Origin: an uncultured Aliarcobacter sp.
GTDB taxonomy: Bacteria > Campylobacterota > Campylobacteria > Campylobacterales > Arcobacteraceae
Assembly: GCA_963677435.1 (NCBI GenBank)
Contig: OY781945.1
Span: forward strand, 2,048,001 to 2,112,000
Direction: 5' to 3'
Length of the DNA: 64,000 nucleotides
The notes under the pieces were generated by a model. It was given only the letters and a program-made list of their open reading frames with translations. It did not search any database and was not told the origin of the DNA. The translations under genes and the position numbers were made by a program. This document shows, in pieces, positions 15,945-25,954 of this stretch. Position 1 is the first letter of the stretch. Each line of letters begins with the position of its first letter.

Positions 15945-17077
15945 AAAGGAACTCTCCCACTAAAAAAGTATAGTGCTAAAACTGCACCGTTTATCATTAA
16001 AAATCGTTTTAAATTCAAAGCTATAATATCTGGAAAAAATGAGAAATAATCATATCCACCTTTTTTAACATAAACAACATATATGTTATGAATAGCAGAG
16101 TAAAGTCCAAATAAAAAACCACTAAAAATAAAATACCAAGTAAAACCATTCCACATTCCCATAAGTAAAAATGTGGCAATGATTGCTAAATTTTGAATTA
16201 ATAATCTTCTCCCTTTTAAAATATTAAAATTATGTAAATATTTATATAAAGGTTTGAAGAAATAATCAGTTAACCAAGAACCTAAAGTAATATGAAATCT
16301 TCTCCAAAAATCTTGTGGGTTTGGGGCTAAATATGGATGATTAAAGTTCATAGGAACATTAATTCCAATCATAATACTTAAACCAACAGCCATGGCACTA
16401 TAACCTGCAAAATCAAAAAATAGATATACCGTATAAGAATAGGCACAATTTATCATGTCAAGTAGCATTGTGCTTTTTTCATCAATATTTGAAAGCCAAA
16501 AGTTATCAACTAAACCGGCAAAGATAAATTTAAATAAAATCCCAACGATTAAAATATCCCAACCTTTTCCAATATTACTTAAAGTTAAATTCTCATAACC
16601 TTTTTGTAAATCTTGTTGAAATCTATATGATCTATCAATTGGACCTGCTAAGAGTGTTGTTGGGAATAATAAAAATGATGCAAACTCAACAAATGAAAGT
16701 TTTCCATAATTTTGACTATCAACAATAGCTTGAATTGTTCTAAATGTTATGTATGAAATACCCAAAATCTTAAACAAAGGATCTACATCAATCTTATGTA
16801 TTATCATAGGTATGGCAACTAACATCATTGGAAAGATAGTTTCTTGATACTTATTTGATACAAATATCCAATAAATAACATAAACATATAAAAGAAAAAA
16901 TAAAATTTTATCTGCATGGGGTATACAAAAGAATATATATAATACAACTGCAATAAATAAAACCATACTATAAGAAATAAATTTATTTAGAATATTTTTA
17001 AATAGATATAAAAATAGCACAAAGCCAAAAAATATAATAAAAAAGTTAATTCCAGAAAAAGGTAAAATGTTTTCCAT
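15941..17077 (-). CDS. dltB: MBOAT family D-alanyl transfer protein
   Basis: GISYITFR, GPIDR, FDFAGYS, FWRRFHITLGSW; MGMWNG in place of the usual WHG. Confidence 0.88.
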   Translation of the reverse strand: MENILPFSGINFFIIFFGFVLFLYLFKNILNKFISYSMVLFIAVVLYIFFCIPHADKILFFLLYVYVIYWIFVSNKYQETIFPMMLVAIPMIIHKIDVDPLFKILGISYITFRTIQAIVDSQNYGKLSFVEFASFLLFPTTLLAGPIDRSYRFQQDLQKGYENLTLSNIGKGWDILIVGILFKFIFAGLVDNFWLSNIDEKSTMLLDMINCAYSYTVYLFFDFAGYSAMAVGLSIMIGINVPMNFNHPYLAPNPQDFWRRFHITLGSWLTDYFFKPLYKYLHNFNILKGRRLLIQNLAIIATFLLMGMWNGFTWYFIFSGFLFGLYSAIHNIYVVYVKKGGYDYFSFFPDIIALNLKRFLMINGAVLALYFFSGRVPL

Positions 17078-17217
17078 TAAAAGGCCTCATAAACAAATTC
17101 AACAGTTGATTCAGGGTCTTTCCCACTTAAATCTTCAATATTTTTATCAATAATAAAAAAAGAAAAACCAACAATTAATAACAAATATATCAAGAAATTT
17201 CTAAAAAAATATTTCAT
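17077..17217 (-). CDS. dltX: DltX-like small membrane protein (46 aa; not in ORF track)
   Basis: MKYFFRNFLIYLLLIVGFSFFIIDKNIEDLSGKDPESTVEFVYEAF*; abuts the dltD stop and overlaps the dltB ATG; C-terminal FxYxxF. Confidence 0.8.
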   Translation of the reverse strand: MKYFFRNFLIYLLLIVGFSFFIIDKNIEDLSGKDPESTVEFVYEAF

Positions 17218-18357
17218 TTAATTTCCCTTTTTTGTCATAAAATAATCAATAATTTTTTTATCAACAGTTACCCAACCTAACTCACCCATATGGACAATAT
17301 CCGTCATACTACCCATTTGATAGTCTTCATTTTTATACGACCACATATCTAAATATTCAAACCCATGTTCTAAAACTTTTGATTTTATATTTGACATAAG
17401 TTCATTTGCTTCATCTCTATTTTTTGCAAAAACATAAGGATTTAAATTTTGCATTACAAAAAGAGGTTTTATCTTATAGCTTTTTAAAAAATCAAGTAGT
17501 ACTAAAAGGTCTTGATACTCTTGATTTTTGTCTAATTCTGGCGGTACAACAATTGAAAAAGGGAAATTTCCTTTTTCAATTTCAGGTTCAATATATGTCG
17601 TATAATATTCATTATGAATTCCATAAATATTATTTGAAGTTGAAAGTGCAACTTTATTAGCTTCAATCTTTAAACTATCATAATCAAGTTTTGGTTTGAC
17701 ATAAGTCACAACTTGTGGATTGATATCTTTACTATCAAAAGATTCAATAATATTTTTTTTGATGATATTATCTAAATAATTATCTTCTAAAGTATCTAAT
17801 GGGAATTTATATATGAAATTTGGGTCTTTTATTAAAGATATATTTTTTTGAATATAATCACTAACTAAATTTTTATATTTGTCATCTGCCTCACTTTGGA
17901 AATAAAGTTTATTCATCATTCCTGAATACATATATTCCAAAAATTTTGGCATAGTAAGTCCATTATCATTAGCACCTGTAAACCAACTTGGTGATAAAAG
18001 AATTACAACTCTTGCATTTTGTCTTGTAATATCATTATCACATGCTGCAAGTTGTGACATAATTACAAAATCTTGTTGTCCTTCATTTCCTTGAACTCTT
18101 AAAGGTAAATTTAATTCATTGTTAAAATAATTCTGAGGTAAAAATTTTTGATTTGGATAAAGTACTAATTCAGATGAACCAAATACAACTATTTTTCCAG
18201 TTTCTAAATCACTTTGTAAACTAACCGTTTTTTGTAATGAATCCTGCAAAGGGATTGCATAATAATTTAAGATTTTATCTTTACCAAAATAAATCACTAA
18301 TATAACTACAATAGAAGCAGAGATAAAAGATAAAATATTTGTAAAAAGTTTGTTCAC
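17218..18357 (-). CDS. dltD: DltD D-alanyl transfer protein (SGNH-like)
   Basis: N-terminal TM helix, FGSSEL, LSPSWF, DIVHMGELGW. Confidence 0.88.
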   Translation of the reverse strand: MNKLFTNILSFISASIVVILVIYFGKDKILNYYAIPLQDSLQKTVSLQSDLETGKIVVFGSSELVLYPNQKFLPQNYFNNELNLPLRVQGNEGQQDFVIMSQLAACDNDITRQNARVVILLSPSWFTGANDNGLTMPKFLEYMYSGMMNKLYFQSEADDKYKNLVSDYIQKNISLIKDPNFIYKFPLDTLEDNYLDNIIKKNIIESFDSKDINPQVVTYVKPKLDYDSLKIEANKVALSTSNNIYGIHNEYYTTYIEPEIEKGNFPFSIVVPPELDKNQEYQDLLVLLDFLKSYKIKPLFVMQNLNPYVFAKNRDEANELMSNIKSKVLEHGFEYLDMWSYKNEDYQMGSMTDIVHMGELGWVTVDKKIIDYFMTKKGN

Positions 18358-18584
18358 TAAATTCTACTTTTTATATAATTTGCTAATTTTTCAACACTAT
18401 CAAAATTACTTTCTATAATATCTCTTGTATCAATTTTTATATTGAATTCTTCCTCTAACATCATTGCTAAATCAACCGTTCCCATACTATCAATTAAATT
18501 TGAAGTATATAATGCTTCTTCATTAGTTACTGGTTTAAATGCAATTTCTTCTACTAGAGGTTTTATTCTTTCTATTAAATCCAT
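18357..18584 (-). CDS. dltC: D-alanyl carrier protein
   Basis: LIDSMGTVDL phosphopantetheine attachment site; context. Confidence 0.85.
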   Translation of the reverse strand: MDLIERIKPLVEEIAFKPVTNEEALYTSNLIDSMGTVDLAMMLEEEFNIKIDTRDIIESNFDSVEKLANYIKSRI

Positions 18585-18942
18585 TTTTTTCTCCTAAGTT
18601 CTTTTTTTGCTTGCTATTTTACTATATTTTTCAAAACTTATATCCCAGTTATTTATGAGTTCTAAGTAAAAAAATACCTATTTAACTATGTTAAAATATT
18701 TTTTACTTTATATACAAAATTTTCTATATATTTAAGTGAAAATCCAAGTTAAATAAAGTTGTGAATAGTGACATAGCAAAGACCATAGTGTCAATATTTA
18801 GTTAATTTGTTACTTTTTATTTTCAAAAAGAGTTACATAAGGTATCATTAATGATTTTTATAAAATTTATATTTTTTTTTAAGTATTATATAAGTAAAAA
18901 TAAGAGTTGATTTTTTTGAAAGAATTTAAGGATAAAAAGCTT

Positions 18943-18972
18943 TTTCAAGCATGGAAAATTCCATACTTGAAA
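18943..18972 (-). terminator. Probable intrinsic terminator after the acyltransferase gene
   Basis: TTTCAAGTATGGAA-TT-TTCCATGCTTGAAA hairpin on the minus strand. Confidence 0.6.
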
Positions 18973-18987
18973 TTCATAATAGTTTTA

Positions 18988-20133
18988 CTATTTTGCTAAA
19001 CGATTATCTATCCATGTACCAATTGGTGTAGTGATTTTTTGTAATAACCAACTAACAACCATAAATGTAATAATCCAAGCAGTGACAGCTGCCCACGCAG
19101 GTAAAATATCAAAATAAATATCATATCGAGATATTAATGGCCAGTGAATTAAATATACTTCAAATGAATAAATTCCATAAATAGCTAAAAATTTATTATC
19201 AAATTTTTTAAGAATAAATATAACAATAAATGCAAACATAATAACTATAGAAGTAAGCTGATCAACAAAATATCCTTGCCCCAAGATTGAAGTTAATAAA
19301 GGCCAATGATTAGCTGTTGTATTTAAAGACATATAAACAACAAGTACAAGCATTAAAAGTATTACAACATAAGACATAAATGTAGATTCATCTCTAAATT
19401 TTTTAAATGCTGTAACAAACTTATTCTCTTTATCTTTTGTTTCAAATAAAAGCCAAGCAAATACCATACCTAAAGAAAATGCAACTGTATGTAATCTATG
19501 AAGCCAATTATCTCCTAAATCTAAAGGATTATATACACCAATTAAAGTTGCAACTACAGCTAAAATTAAAGCACTTAACCAAGGTCTTTTTACGCTAAAT
19601 ACAATTGGGAAAAGTATATAAAACATCATCATCCAAGTGATATACCAAAAAGGTGAGTTAACATCATCAAAACCTCTAGCAGTGGGAAACCAACCTATTA
19701 AAGACTGTAACATATAAGGTACAGGATAATGAATATTTAAAAATATTGCATTTGAAGCAAAAATAAGAATTGTTACAACCCAAAATGGAATAAAGATTTT
19801 AATTGCTCTTCTTTTATAAAAATCCATTAAAGGAAGAGGTCTTTTTAACATTCCAACAGTCAAACCAAATCCTGACATAAATAGAAATAAATCTACACCA
19901 ACTCCTGCAATTATAGAAAGAGGAAAAAGGAAATCAGCATTTGTCACTAACATATAAGCAAAGTGTGCAAAAACAACCGTTAAAATCCCTAAACCTTTTA
20001 ACTCTTGAGTAACAGGAATTGGGAACAAATCAGTTCGTTTTGTTCTAGAGAAAGTAAAAAGAACTACTGCTATTAAAATAGCAATTACAATAAAGTTTGT
20101 CCTGAAAATATCATCAGTAAGTGTTATAGGCAT
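18988..20133 (-). CDS. Acyltransferase-3 (OafA-like) membrane protein
   Basis: LKGLGILTVVFAH, GVDLFLFMSGFGL, FWYI, SFEVYLIHWP. Confidence 0.85.
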   Translation of the reverse strand: MPITLTDDIFRTNFIVIAILIAVVLFTFSRTKRTDLFPIPVTQELKGLGILTVVFAHFAYMLVTNADFLFPLSIIAGVGVDLFLFMSGFGLTVGMLKRPLPLMDFYKRRAIKIFIPFWVVTILIFASNAIFLNIHYPVPYMLQSLIGWFPTARGFDDVNSPFWYITWMMMFYILFPIVFSVKRPWLSALILAVVATLIGVYNPLDLGDNWLHRLHTVAFSLGMVFAWLLFETKDKENKFVTAFKKFRDESTFMSYVVILLMLVLVVYMSLNTTANHWPLLTSILGQGYFVDQLTSIVIMFAFIVIFILKKFDNKFLAIYGIYSFEVYLIHWPLISRYDIYFDILPAWAAVTAWIITFMVVSWLLQKITTPIGTWIDNRLAK

Positions 20134-20230
20134 ATATGCTCCCAGATTTTAAGTAGTTTTTTTGAAAAATAAAGCTATTTTCCAAAAAATTCTTGCGCAT
20201 ATTATAACTCTTTTTAAATAAAATGAATAA

Positions 20231-21199
20231 TTATTTCAAATATACCTTTATATTATCAATTTTTTTTGCATCTCTAAACTTATCCAATAACGATGCCAAT
20301 TGAATTACTTCACTATTTTTCATTCTAATACAACCACTAGATTCATTTGTTCCTATTGTACTTTCACTCAAAGTTCCATGTATTCTAAAGGTATTTTTTC
20401 CATCAACAATATGGCTAAGATTTATTTTTGCAGAGCCCATATAATTAAATCTATCTCCAGGAGGAACTACAGAAGGTAAGTCTATTCCTCTTTTTTTAAA
20501 AGCTTCAATTGTATCTTGTGTTGGATACCAAAAAGGATTTAAAGTTATAGAAGTTACACTTCCTTCTCCTGTTGGTTTTTTTATATCTTTTTTTCCAGTT
20601 GAAACAATATAAGTTTGAATATTTCTGATTTTATTATTTAGTTTTCCCTTTAAAAGCATAGAATTTTTTGAAGAATCAACTTCTATTATCAACTGATCAT
20701 ACATTGTAATATTTCGAGTCGGATCTGTTTTTAAAATATTATCGGTAATTCTTTTATTTTTATTTTCACCATTTTTAAGAAAATCAAAAATCTTTAATTC
20801 ATCTAAATATTTCATTCCAAGAGTTGTTTCATCTTCAATTTTCGAGCTTTTATTTATTGAATTCAAATCTATAAAAAGAGGATTTTTACTATTAATTTTT
20901 TTCAAATCGTAAGAGAGTTCTTTTATAAAAGGCTTTTGGCTTTTGATAAAAGTTGATACTTTATTTAAAACATTTTTTGCTTCATTATTACTTTTAAAAG
21001 AACCGTAATATGTTTTAAATTTTTTATCTTTATCTTTTAGAATAAAAACTTCTAACTTACTATCTTTTACTATTTTTCTTTTACACTCCATTGCACCTTT
21101 AAAATCAGAAGTTGTGCAAACAGCAATAGTGTATGTTTTTAAATCTGCACCAATGAGAAACAATTGAAAAAATAGTATATAAAAAAGAGTTCTAATCAT
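20231..21199 (-). CDS. L,D-transpeptidase (YkuD) family protein with possible SPOR-like N-terminus
   Basis: NPFWYP, RIHGT...SSGCIRM; signal peptide. Confidence 0.85.
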   Translation of the reverse strand: MIRTLFYILFFQLFLIGADLKTYTIAVCTTSDFKGAMECKRKIVKDSKLEVFILKDKDKKFKTYYGSFKSNNEAKNVLNKVSTFIKSQKPFIKELSYDLKKINSKNPLFIDLNSINKSSKIEDETTLGMKYLDELKIFDFLKNGENKNKRITDNILKTDPTRNITMYDQLIIEVDSSKNSMLLKGKLNNKIRNIQTYIVSTGKKDIKKPTGEGSVTSITLNPFWYPTQDTIEAFKKRGIDLPSVVPPGDRFNYMGSAKINLSHIVDGKNTFRIHGTLSESTIGTNESSGCIRMKNSEVIQLASLLDKFRDAKKIDNIKVYLK

Positions 21200-21206
21200 C
21201 TAAAAA

Positions 21207-21788
21207 CTAAAAAGATTTAACTATTTGTTCTAAACTATTTTTAGAATCTTCTGCTGAAATACCTTCTTCTAAAATATTTAATTTTACTAAACCTTCATCT
21301 ATTTTACTAATGATTCCATCACTATTTAGTTTATAGATAAAATATTTGTTTTGGGTATTGTCTTTTAGAGCTAAACTATTAATAAAAGAACCTTTAGAAT
21401 CATTGATTAAGGGAATTGTTGAATCTTTGTACATCTCTTGAAGTTTTTCATTTACAGCTAGTTCTTTTATAATCCATGGAGTATTTGAAATATTTGCAAT
21501 TAAAACTATATTTTTATTTGTATATTTATATAAATCTTTAAATAAAGCTAAACTATCGTGATTTAAAACTATTATATATTTTTCAACACCTTTTTGAAAA
21601 AGTGTTTCAAATTTTGCATAAGGAGTATTTCCTACAAGTTCAAAATATCTTGGAATATAATCTATATTTAAAACATTTTTGTTTTCATTTACAACTATAT
21701 TATTTGGATTTTTAGGTGCTGTTAAATATACTAAAAGCGCAAAAGCTATAATTCCTAATATCACTATTTTAAAACTATTTTTTATCAT
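21207..21788 (-). CDS. Hypothetical membrane-anchored protein
   Basis: ORF with N-terminal TM helix. Confidence 0.7.
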   Translation of the reverse strand: MIKNSFKIVILGIIAFALLVYLTAPKNPNNIVVNENKNVLNIDYIPRYFELVGNTPYAKFETLFQKGVEKYIIVLNHDSLALFKDLYKYTNKNIVLIANISNTPWIIKELAVNEKLQEMYKDSTIPLINDSKGSFINSLALKDNTQNKYFIYKLNSDGIISKIDEGLVKLNILEEGISAEDSKNSLEQIVKSF

Positions 21789-21810
21789 TTGTTTCCTAAA
21801 TTTTTATTAT

Positions 21811-22965
21811 TTATTTTTGTTTTTTAGCCCATCTTTTAAATAGTCTAAAAGTAGTTATTTCTTCTTCTAATTCATTATTATTGAAGATATTTTCAACTAA
21901 ATTATAAGCTAAATAAGGAGATAAAACAAAACCTCTTCCACCTACTCCATTTAATAGATAAAGATTATCTATCATTTCTAAATTTTCATTTTTAATTTTA
22001 AATCCATTTTTTAAATGAGGATATTTTTCAAAACTTTTTTTAGAATCAACTAATTTCCCAAGCATTGGAAAATAATCAACACTAGAAGCTCTTGCTCCTA
22101 TTTTTACATCCAAAACTCTTACATCATTTAAAAGCTTTATGTCATTTGCTTTTTCCAAAAGCTCTTTTATATCATTTTGTATAATATTTTTCGTATAATC
22201 ATTGTGTTTAATTTCATTGATATTTTTTAACTTTAAGTTGTAACTACTTTCTATTTTTTCATCATCAAATCTATTATGAGTAGCTCCAATAGATACAATA
22301 TTATCTTTTGAAGATTTAGATAATGAACACTCTTTATGGTAATTTATATCTATAGTGGTTGTAGTATAAACATCTATTTTTTGACCCCAAACTGCTCTAA
22401 TATCCAAATATTTTTCTTCTATTAAAGAAACATCAGCTCCTGTTGTTAAAAAAAGATTTTTAGCTTTTAAATCATCATTTATAATCCAATTATCCTCTTT
22501 CTTTTTTATTACTTTTACTTCATAATCAAAAAGTTTTTCAGTTTCATTTGATAATTTTATACAAAGTTCATAGGGTTTTACAGTTGTTCCTATTGGAAAA
22601 AAATATCCATCTTCGTATTTTTTATACTCAAAATCCATATATGGAATATATGTTTGAAATTTATCTTCATCTTCTTGATTTTTTGGAATTCTACATGTTC
22701 CACAATTTATTATTTCTTTTTGAAAATTATCTTTATAAAAAGCCATTGAAAAGTTTAAAGATTTAGTTATTAAATCTTTAAATTTATTTGCTTTCCCCAA
22801 AAGTGGAGACAAAAAAGCTCCAGCTGCTCCACTTGCGCCAAAAGCTACATCTTTATTTTTATCAATCAATAAAACTGATTGTGAATATTTTGATAAAAAA
22901 TGTGCCAAAGAACATCCAGCAATTCCCGCACCAACAATTACATAATCAAACTCTTTTTTATTCAT
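21811..22965 (-). CDS. FAD-dependent oxidoreductase (DAO/MnmC C-terminal-like)
   Basis: IVGAGIAG, GASG, GGRGF; likely start ATG 22965. Confidence 0.8.
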   Translation of the reverse strand: MNKKEFDYVIVGAGIAGCSLAHFLSKYSQSVLLIDKNKDVAFGASGAAGAFLSPLLGKANKFKDLITKSLNFSMAFYKDNFQKEIINCGTCRIPKNQEDEDKFQTYIPYMDFEYKKYEDGYFFPIGTTVKPYELCIKLSNETEKLFDYEVKVIKKKEDNWIINDDLKAKNLFLTTGADVSLIEEKYLDIRAVWGQKIDVYTTTTIDINYHKECSLSKSSKDNIVSIGATHNRFDDEKIESSYNLKLKNINEIKHNDYTKNIIQNDIKELLEKANDIKLLNDVRVLDVKIGARASSVDYFPMLGKLVDSKKSFEKYPHLKNGFKIKNENLEMIDNLYLLNGVGGRGFVLSPYLAYNLVENIFNNNELEEEITTFRLFKRWAKKQK

Positions 22966-23284
22966 TATTATCCGATTTTTCAAAAAATTGAAGATTTGGT
23001 CTAAAATAACCTCTTCCTCCTTTTAAACTAACACATTTATGTTTTGGGAACTTCTTTTTATAATATTCTAGTCTTTCTTTTGTAGTTTTTCCAGTATCAC
23101 AATAAAATACAAAAACAGTATTTTCTGGTAATTTTTGCATTAAAGGCGGATTATATAGCATTGTTTCAATATTTTCAATAGGTTTTAAAATTGTATCTAT
23201 TAAAATAACTTTGATGCCTTCTTTTTCTAACTCATGTTTATTTTTTAATAACTCTTGTTGTGTCCATTCATCTTTAGAAAACAT
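22958..23284 (-). CDS. Rhodanese-like small protein
   Basis: VFYCDTG...SLKGG. Confidence 0.6.
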   Translation of the reverse strand: MFSKDEWTQQELLKNKHELEKEGIKVILIDTILKPIENIETMLYNPPLMQKLPENTVFVFYCDTGKTTKERLEYYKKKFPKHKCVSLKGGRGYFRPNLQFFEKSDNNE

Positions 23285-23399
23285 AAATAATAATTTCCTT
23301 TCACTAAAGTATTATATTAGTATATTCCCTATTAAAAAAAAGTAATTTTTATTAGATTTTAGATAAAATCTTTGCTCAATTGAATAATAGGGAAAATTT

Positions 23400-23771
23400 A
23401 TGAAGATTTTAGTTACAGATGATTCAAAAATGGCAAGAAAAATGGTTATTAAAACATTAAAAGATGTGATAGGTGAAAATGCAGAAATAATCGAAGCTCA
23501 AAATGGACTTGAATCTTTTGATTTATATAAAGAACATTTACCAAAAATAGTTTTTATGGATTTAACTATGCCCATTATGGATGGCTTTGAAGCTCTTGAA
23601 AAGATAAAAGAGTTTGATGAAAATGCAAAAGTTATAATTGTTTCAGCAGATATTCAAAAACTGTCTATGGAAAAAGCTTCAAAATTAGGAGCATTTAACT
23701 TTATAAAAAAACCTATTGATTTAGAAAAAATGCAGCAAATACTTAAAAGAATCAGCGAATTGGATAATTAA
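23400..23771 (+). CDS. Single-domain response regulator (CheY-like)
   Basis: VTDDS, FMDLTMP, KKP. Confidence 0.92.
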   Translation: MKILVTDDSKMARKMVIKTLKDVIGENAEIIEAQNGLESFDLYKEHLPKIVFMDLTMPIMDGFEALEKIKEFDENAKVIIVSADIQKLSMEKASKLGAFNFIKKPIDLEKMQQILKRISELDN

Positions 23772-24388
23772 TGAAAATAGATATTACATTAAATGAAGAT
23801 GAAAAAGATTGTTTACAAGAGTTAATGAATGTAGCGTATGGAAGTGCAACAGCAGCAATTACTGAAATTTTAAATGCTTTTGCAAAACTATCTATTCCCA
23901 AAATACAAATAATAAATGCAAATGAACTTCAAAATTATTTATCTAAAGAGCTAAATTTAGATATTGAACATCTAGTATCTTTACAACAAATAAATGGTGT
24001 TCTTTGTGGTGAAAATATGTTTGTAATAGATAAGCAATCTGCTATAAATATTGCTTATAAATTTGGTCTGGAAGAAGATGAAGTGAATGATGAGGAATTA
24101 GCGGATGTTGTATTAGAAATAACAAATATATTATCTTCATCAACTATTAGTAAATTAGCTGAAGATATTGATACAAATGTCTCTTTTTCTGCACCAACTA
24201 TAAAAACTCTAACATCAATAGATCAATTAAAAAATTTATTCATTTCAAAATATGAAAAGGTTATTATCATTTCTACTCAATTAGAATTTGAAGATTTAGA
24301 TATAAAAGCAGAACTATTTATATTTACAACTGATAACTCTATTTTATATATAAAAGAAAAATTAAATAAAATATTGGATGAATTTTGA
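23771..24388 (+). CDS. CheC-family phosphatase
   Basis: Two ExxN motifs (QELMN, LEITN). Confidence 0.85.
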   Translation: MKIDITLNEDEKDCLQELMNVAYGSATAAITEILNAFAKLSIPKIQIINANELQNYLSKELNLDIEHLVSLQQINGVLCGENMFVIDKQSAINIAYKFGLEEDEVNDEELADVVLEITNILSSSTISKLAEDIDTNVSFSAPTIKTLTSIDQLKNLFISKYEKVIIISTQLEFEDLDIKAELFIFTTDNSILYIKEKLNKILDEF

Positions 24389-25878
24389 TTGAAAATGTAG
24401 ATAAATTTGATGTAATCTGTAATACCGTTGATAATGGAATAATTCTTATTAACAAAGATTTAGAAGTAAAGTTCTGGAATAAATGGCTTGAAATTAGAAC
24501 AGGTATTAATTCAAAAGATATAATAAATAAAAATTTAAAAGATTTTTATCCTCAAATTGAAGATAAAAAGTTAATTAGAAAGATTACAACTGCTTTAAAG
24601 TTAAACTCTTCTACTTTTTATACACCTCAAATTAGTAAATTTTTAATTAATATTGAACTATCAAAAGTTGCAGATAAAGTTTTCAATGAAATGCAACAAA
24701 GTATCACAATTACACCTTATGACATTGAAAAAGACTTAGCAATAATTTATATTTATGATACAACTATTTTGTCTGAAATAAATTATAAATTGCAAGAGAT
24801 AAAAGAACAAGTTGAAGAAAAAAATGAAGAACTAAAACTTTTATTTGATACAACAATGGAAGCAATTATTCTTTTTAAAGATGACAAAATTATAGACTGT
24901 AACCAAGTGGCTCTTGAGTTATGTAATCATAAATCAAAAGAATCTATGATAAATAAAGATATTCATGATTTAAATATCAATAGAAATATTCTTGAAAAAG
25001 TTCATACAAAACCCGTAGAAGTTACAATTACAAGAGAAGATAAATCAACATTTAAAGCCCTTGTTAATATAAAAAACACAACTATAAAATCTCAAAACAT
25101 TAGAATATTAACTATTATTGATATAAGTGAAATAAAAAGAAAAGAGAACCTTTTAGCAGAACAAACAAAAATGGCAGCAATGGGTGAAATGATAGGAAAT
25201 ATTGCACACCAATGGAGACAACCATTAAATATAATTTCAATTACATCATCAAGTACTAAACTAAAAAAAGAGATAGGTTTATTAACTGATTCTATGTTAG
25301 CAGATGCTTTAAAATTAATCTCTGAAACAACTGAACATCTATCTAATACTATTGATGTATTCAAAGATTTTTTAAAAGAAGATAAAGAAAGATCATTATT
25401 TAACTTAACTCAAAATATCAATAATAATATTTCATTGATCGAAACTATACTTAATGAAAATCATATTAGAGTGGATTTAAATCTGGATGATGATATCTAT
25501 CTTTATAACTTTGCAAATGAATTTAGTCAAGCATTAATCAATATTTTACATAATGCAAGTGATGCAATTGCTGCAAAAAAAGCACATGATGAATTACGAC
25601 TTATAAAAATTGTAACGAAACAACTAGAAGATAGTATTCTTATTGAAATATCTGATAATGCAGGTGGAATTGAAAAAGAGATTATAAATAAAATTTTCGA
25701 ACCATATTTTACAACAAAACATAAATTCCAAGGTACAGGTTTAGGATTATATATGACTCACAAAATAATTCAAACAAGTATGAAAGGTAAAATATTTGTT
25801 AGTAATCATAAATTTATTTTTGAAAATCAAGAGTGTGAAGGTGCACTTTTCCAAATATCACTAAAAAACAATACTTGA
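24385..25878 (+). CDS. PAS-domain sensor histidine kinase
   Basis: IAHQWRQPL, NASDA, DNAGG, FTTK, GTGLGL. Confidence 0.92.
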   Translation: MIENVDKFDVICNTVDNGIILINKDLEVKFWNKWLEIRTGINSKDIINKNLKDFYPQIEDKKLIRKITTALKLNSSTFYTPQISKFLINIELSKVADKVFNEMQQSITITPYDIEKDLAIIYIYDTTILSEINYKLQEIKEQVEEKNEELKLLFDTTMEAIILFKDDKIIDCNQVALELCNHKSKESMINKDIHDLNINRNILEKVHTKPVEVTITREDKSTFKALVNIKNTTIKSQNIRILTIIDISEIKRKENLLAEQTKMAAMGEMIGNIAHQWRQPLNIISITSSSTKLKKEIGLLTDSMLADALKLISETTEHLSNTIDVFKDFLKEDKERSLFNLTQNINNNISLIETILNENHIRVDLNLDDDIYLYNFANEFSQALINILHNASDAIAAKKAHDELRLIKIVTKQLEDSILIEISDNAGGIEKEIINKIFEPYFTTKHKFQGTGLGLYMTHKIIQTSMKGKIFVSNHKFIFENQECEGALFQISLKNNT

Positions 25879-25908
25879 TTGACATTGACTCAACCTTTTT
25901 GATATAAT
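25874..25908 (+). promoter_or_regulatory. cbpA-hspR promoter with HAIR-like HspR operator
   Basis: CTTGATT-N7-ACTCAAC (25874-25894; HAIR consensus CTTGAGT-N7-ACTCAAG) overlapping TTGACA (25879); TGnTATAAT at 25900-25908. Confidence 0.8.
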
Positions 25909-25954
25909 GTGTTTTTAAATACAAAAATATATTATACGAATAATAGGATTGAAA

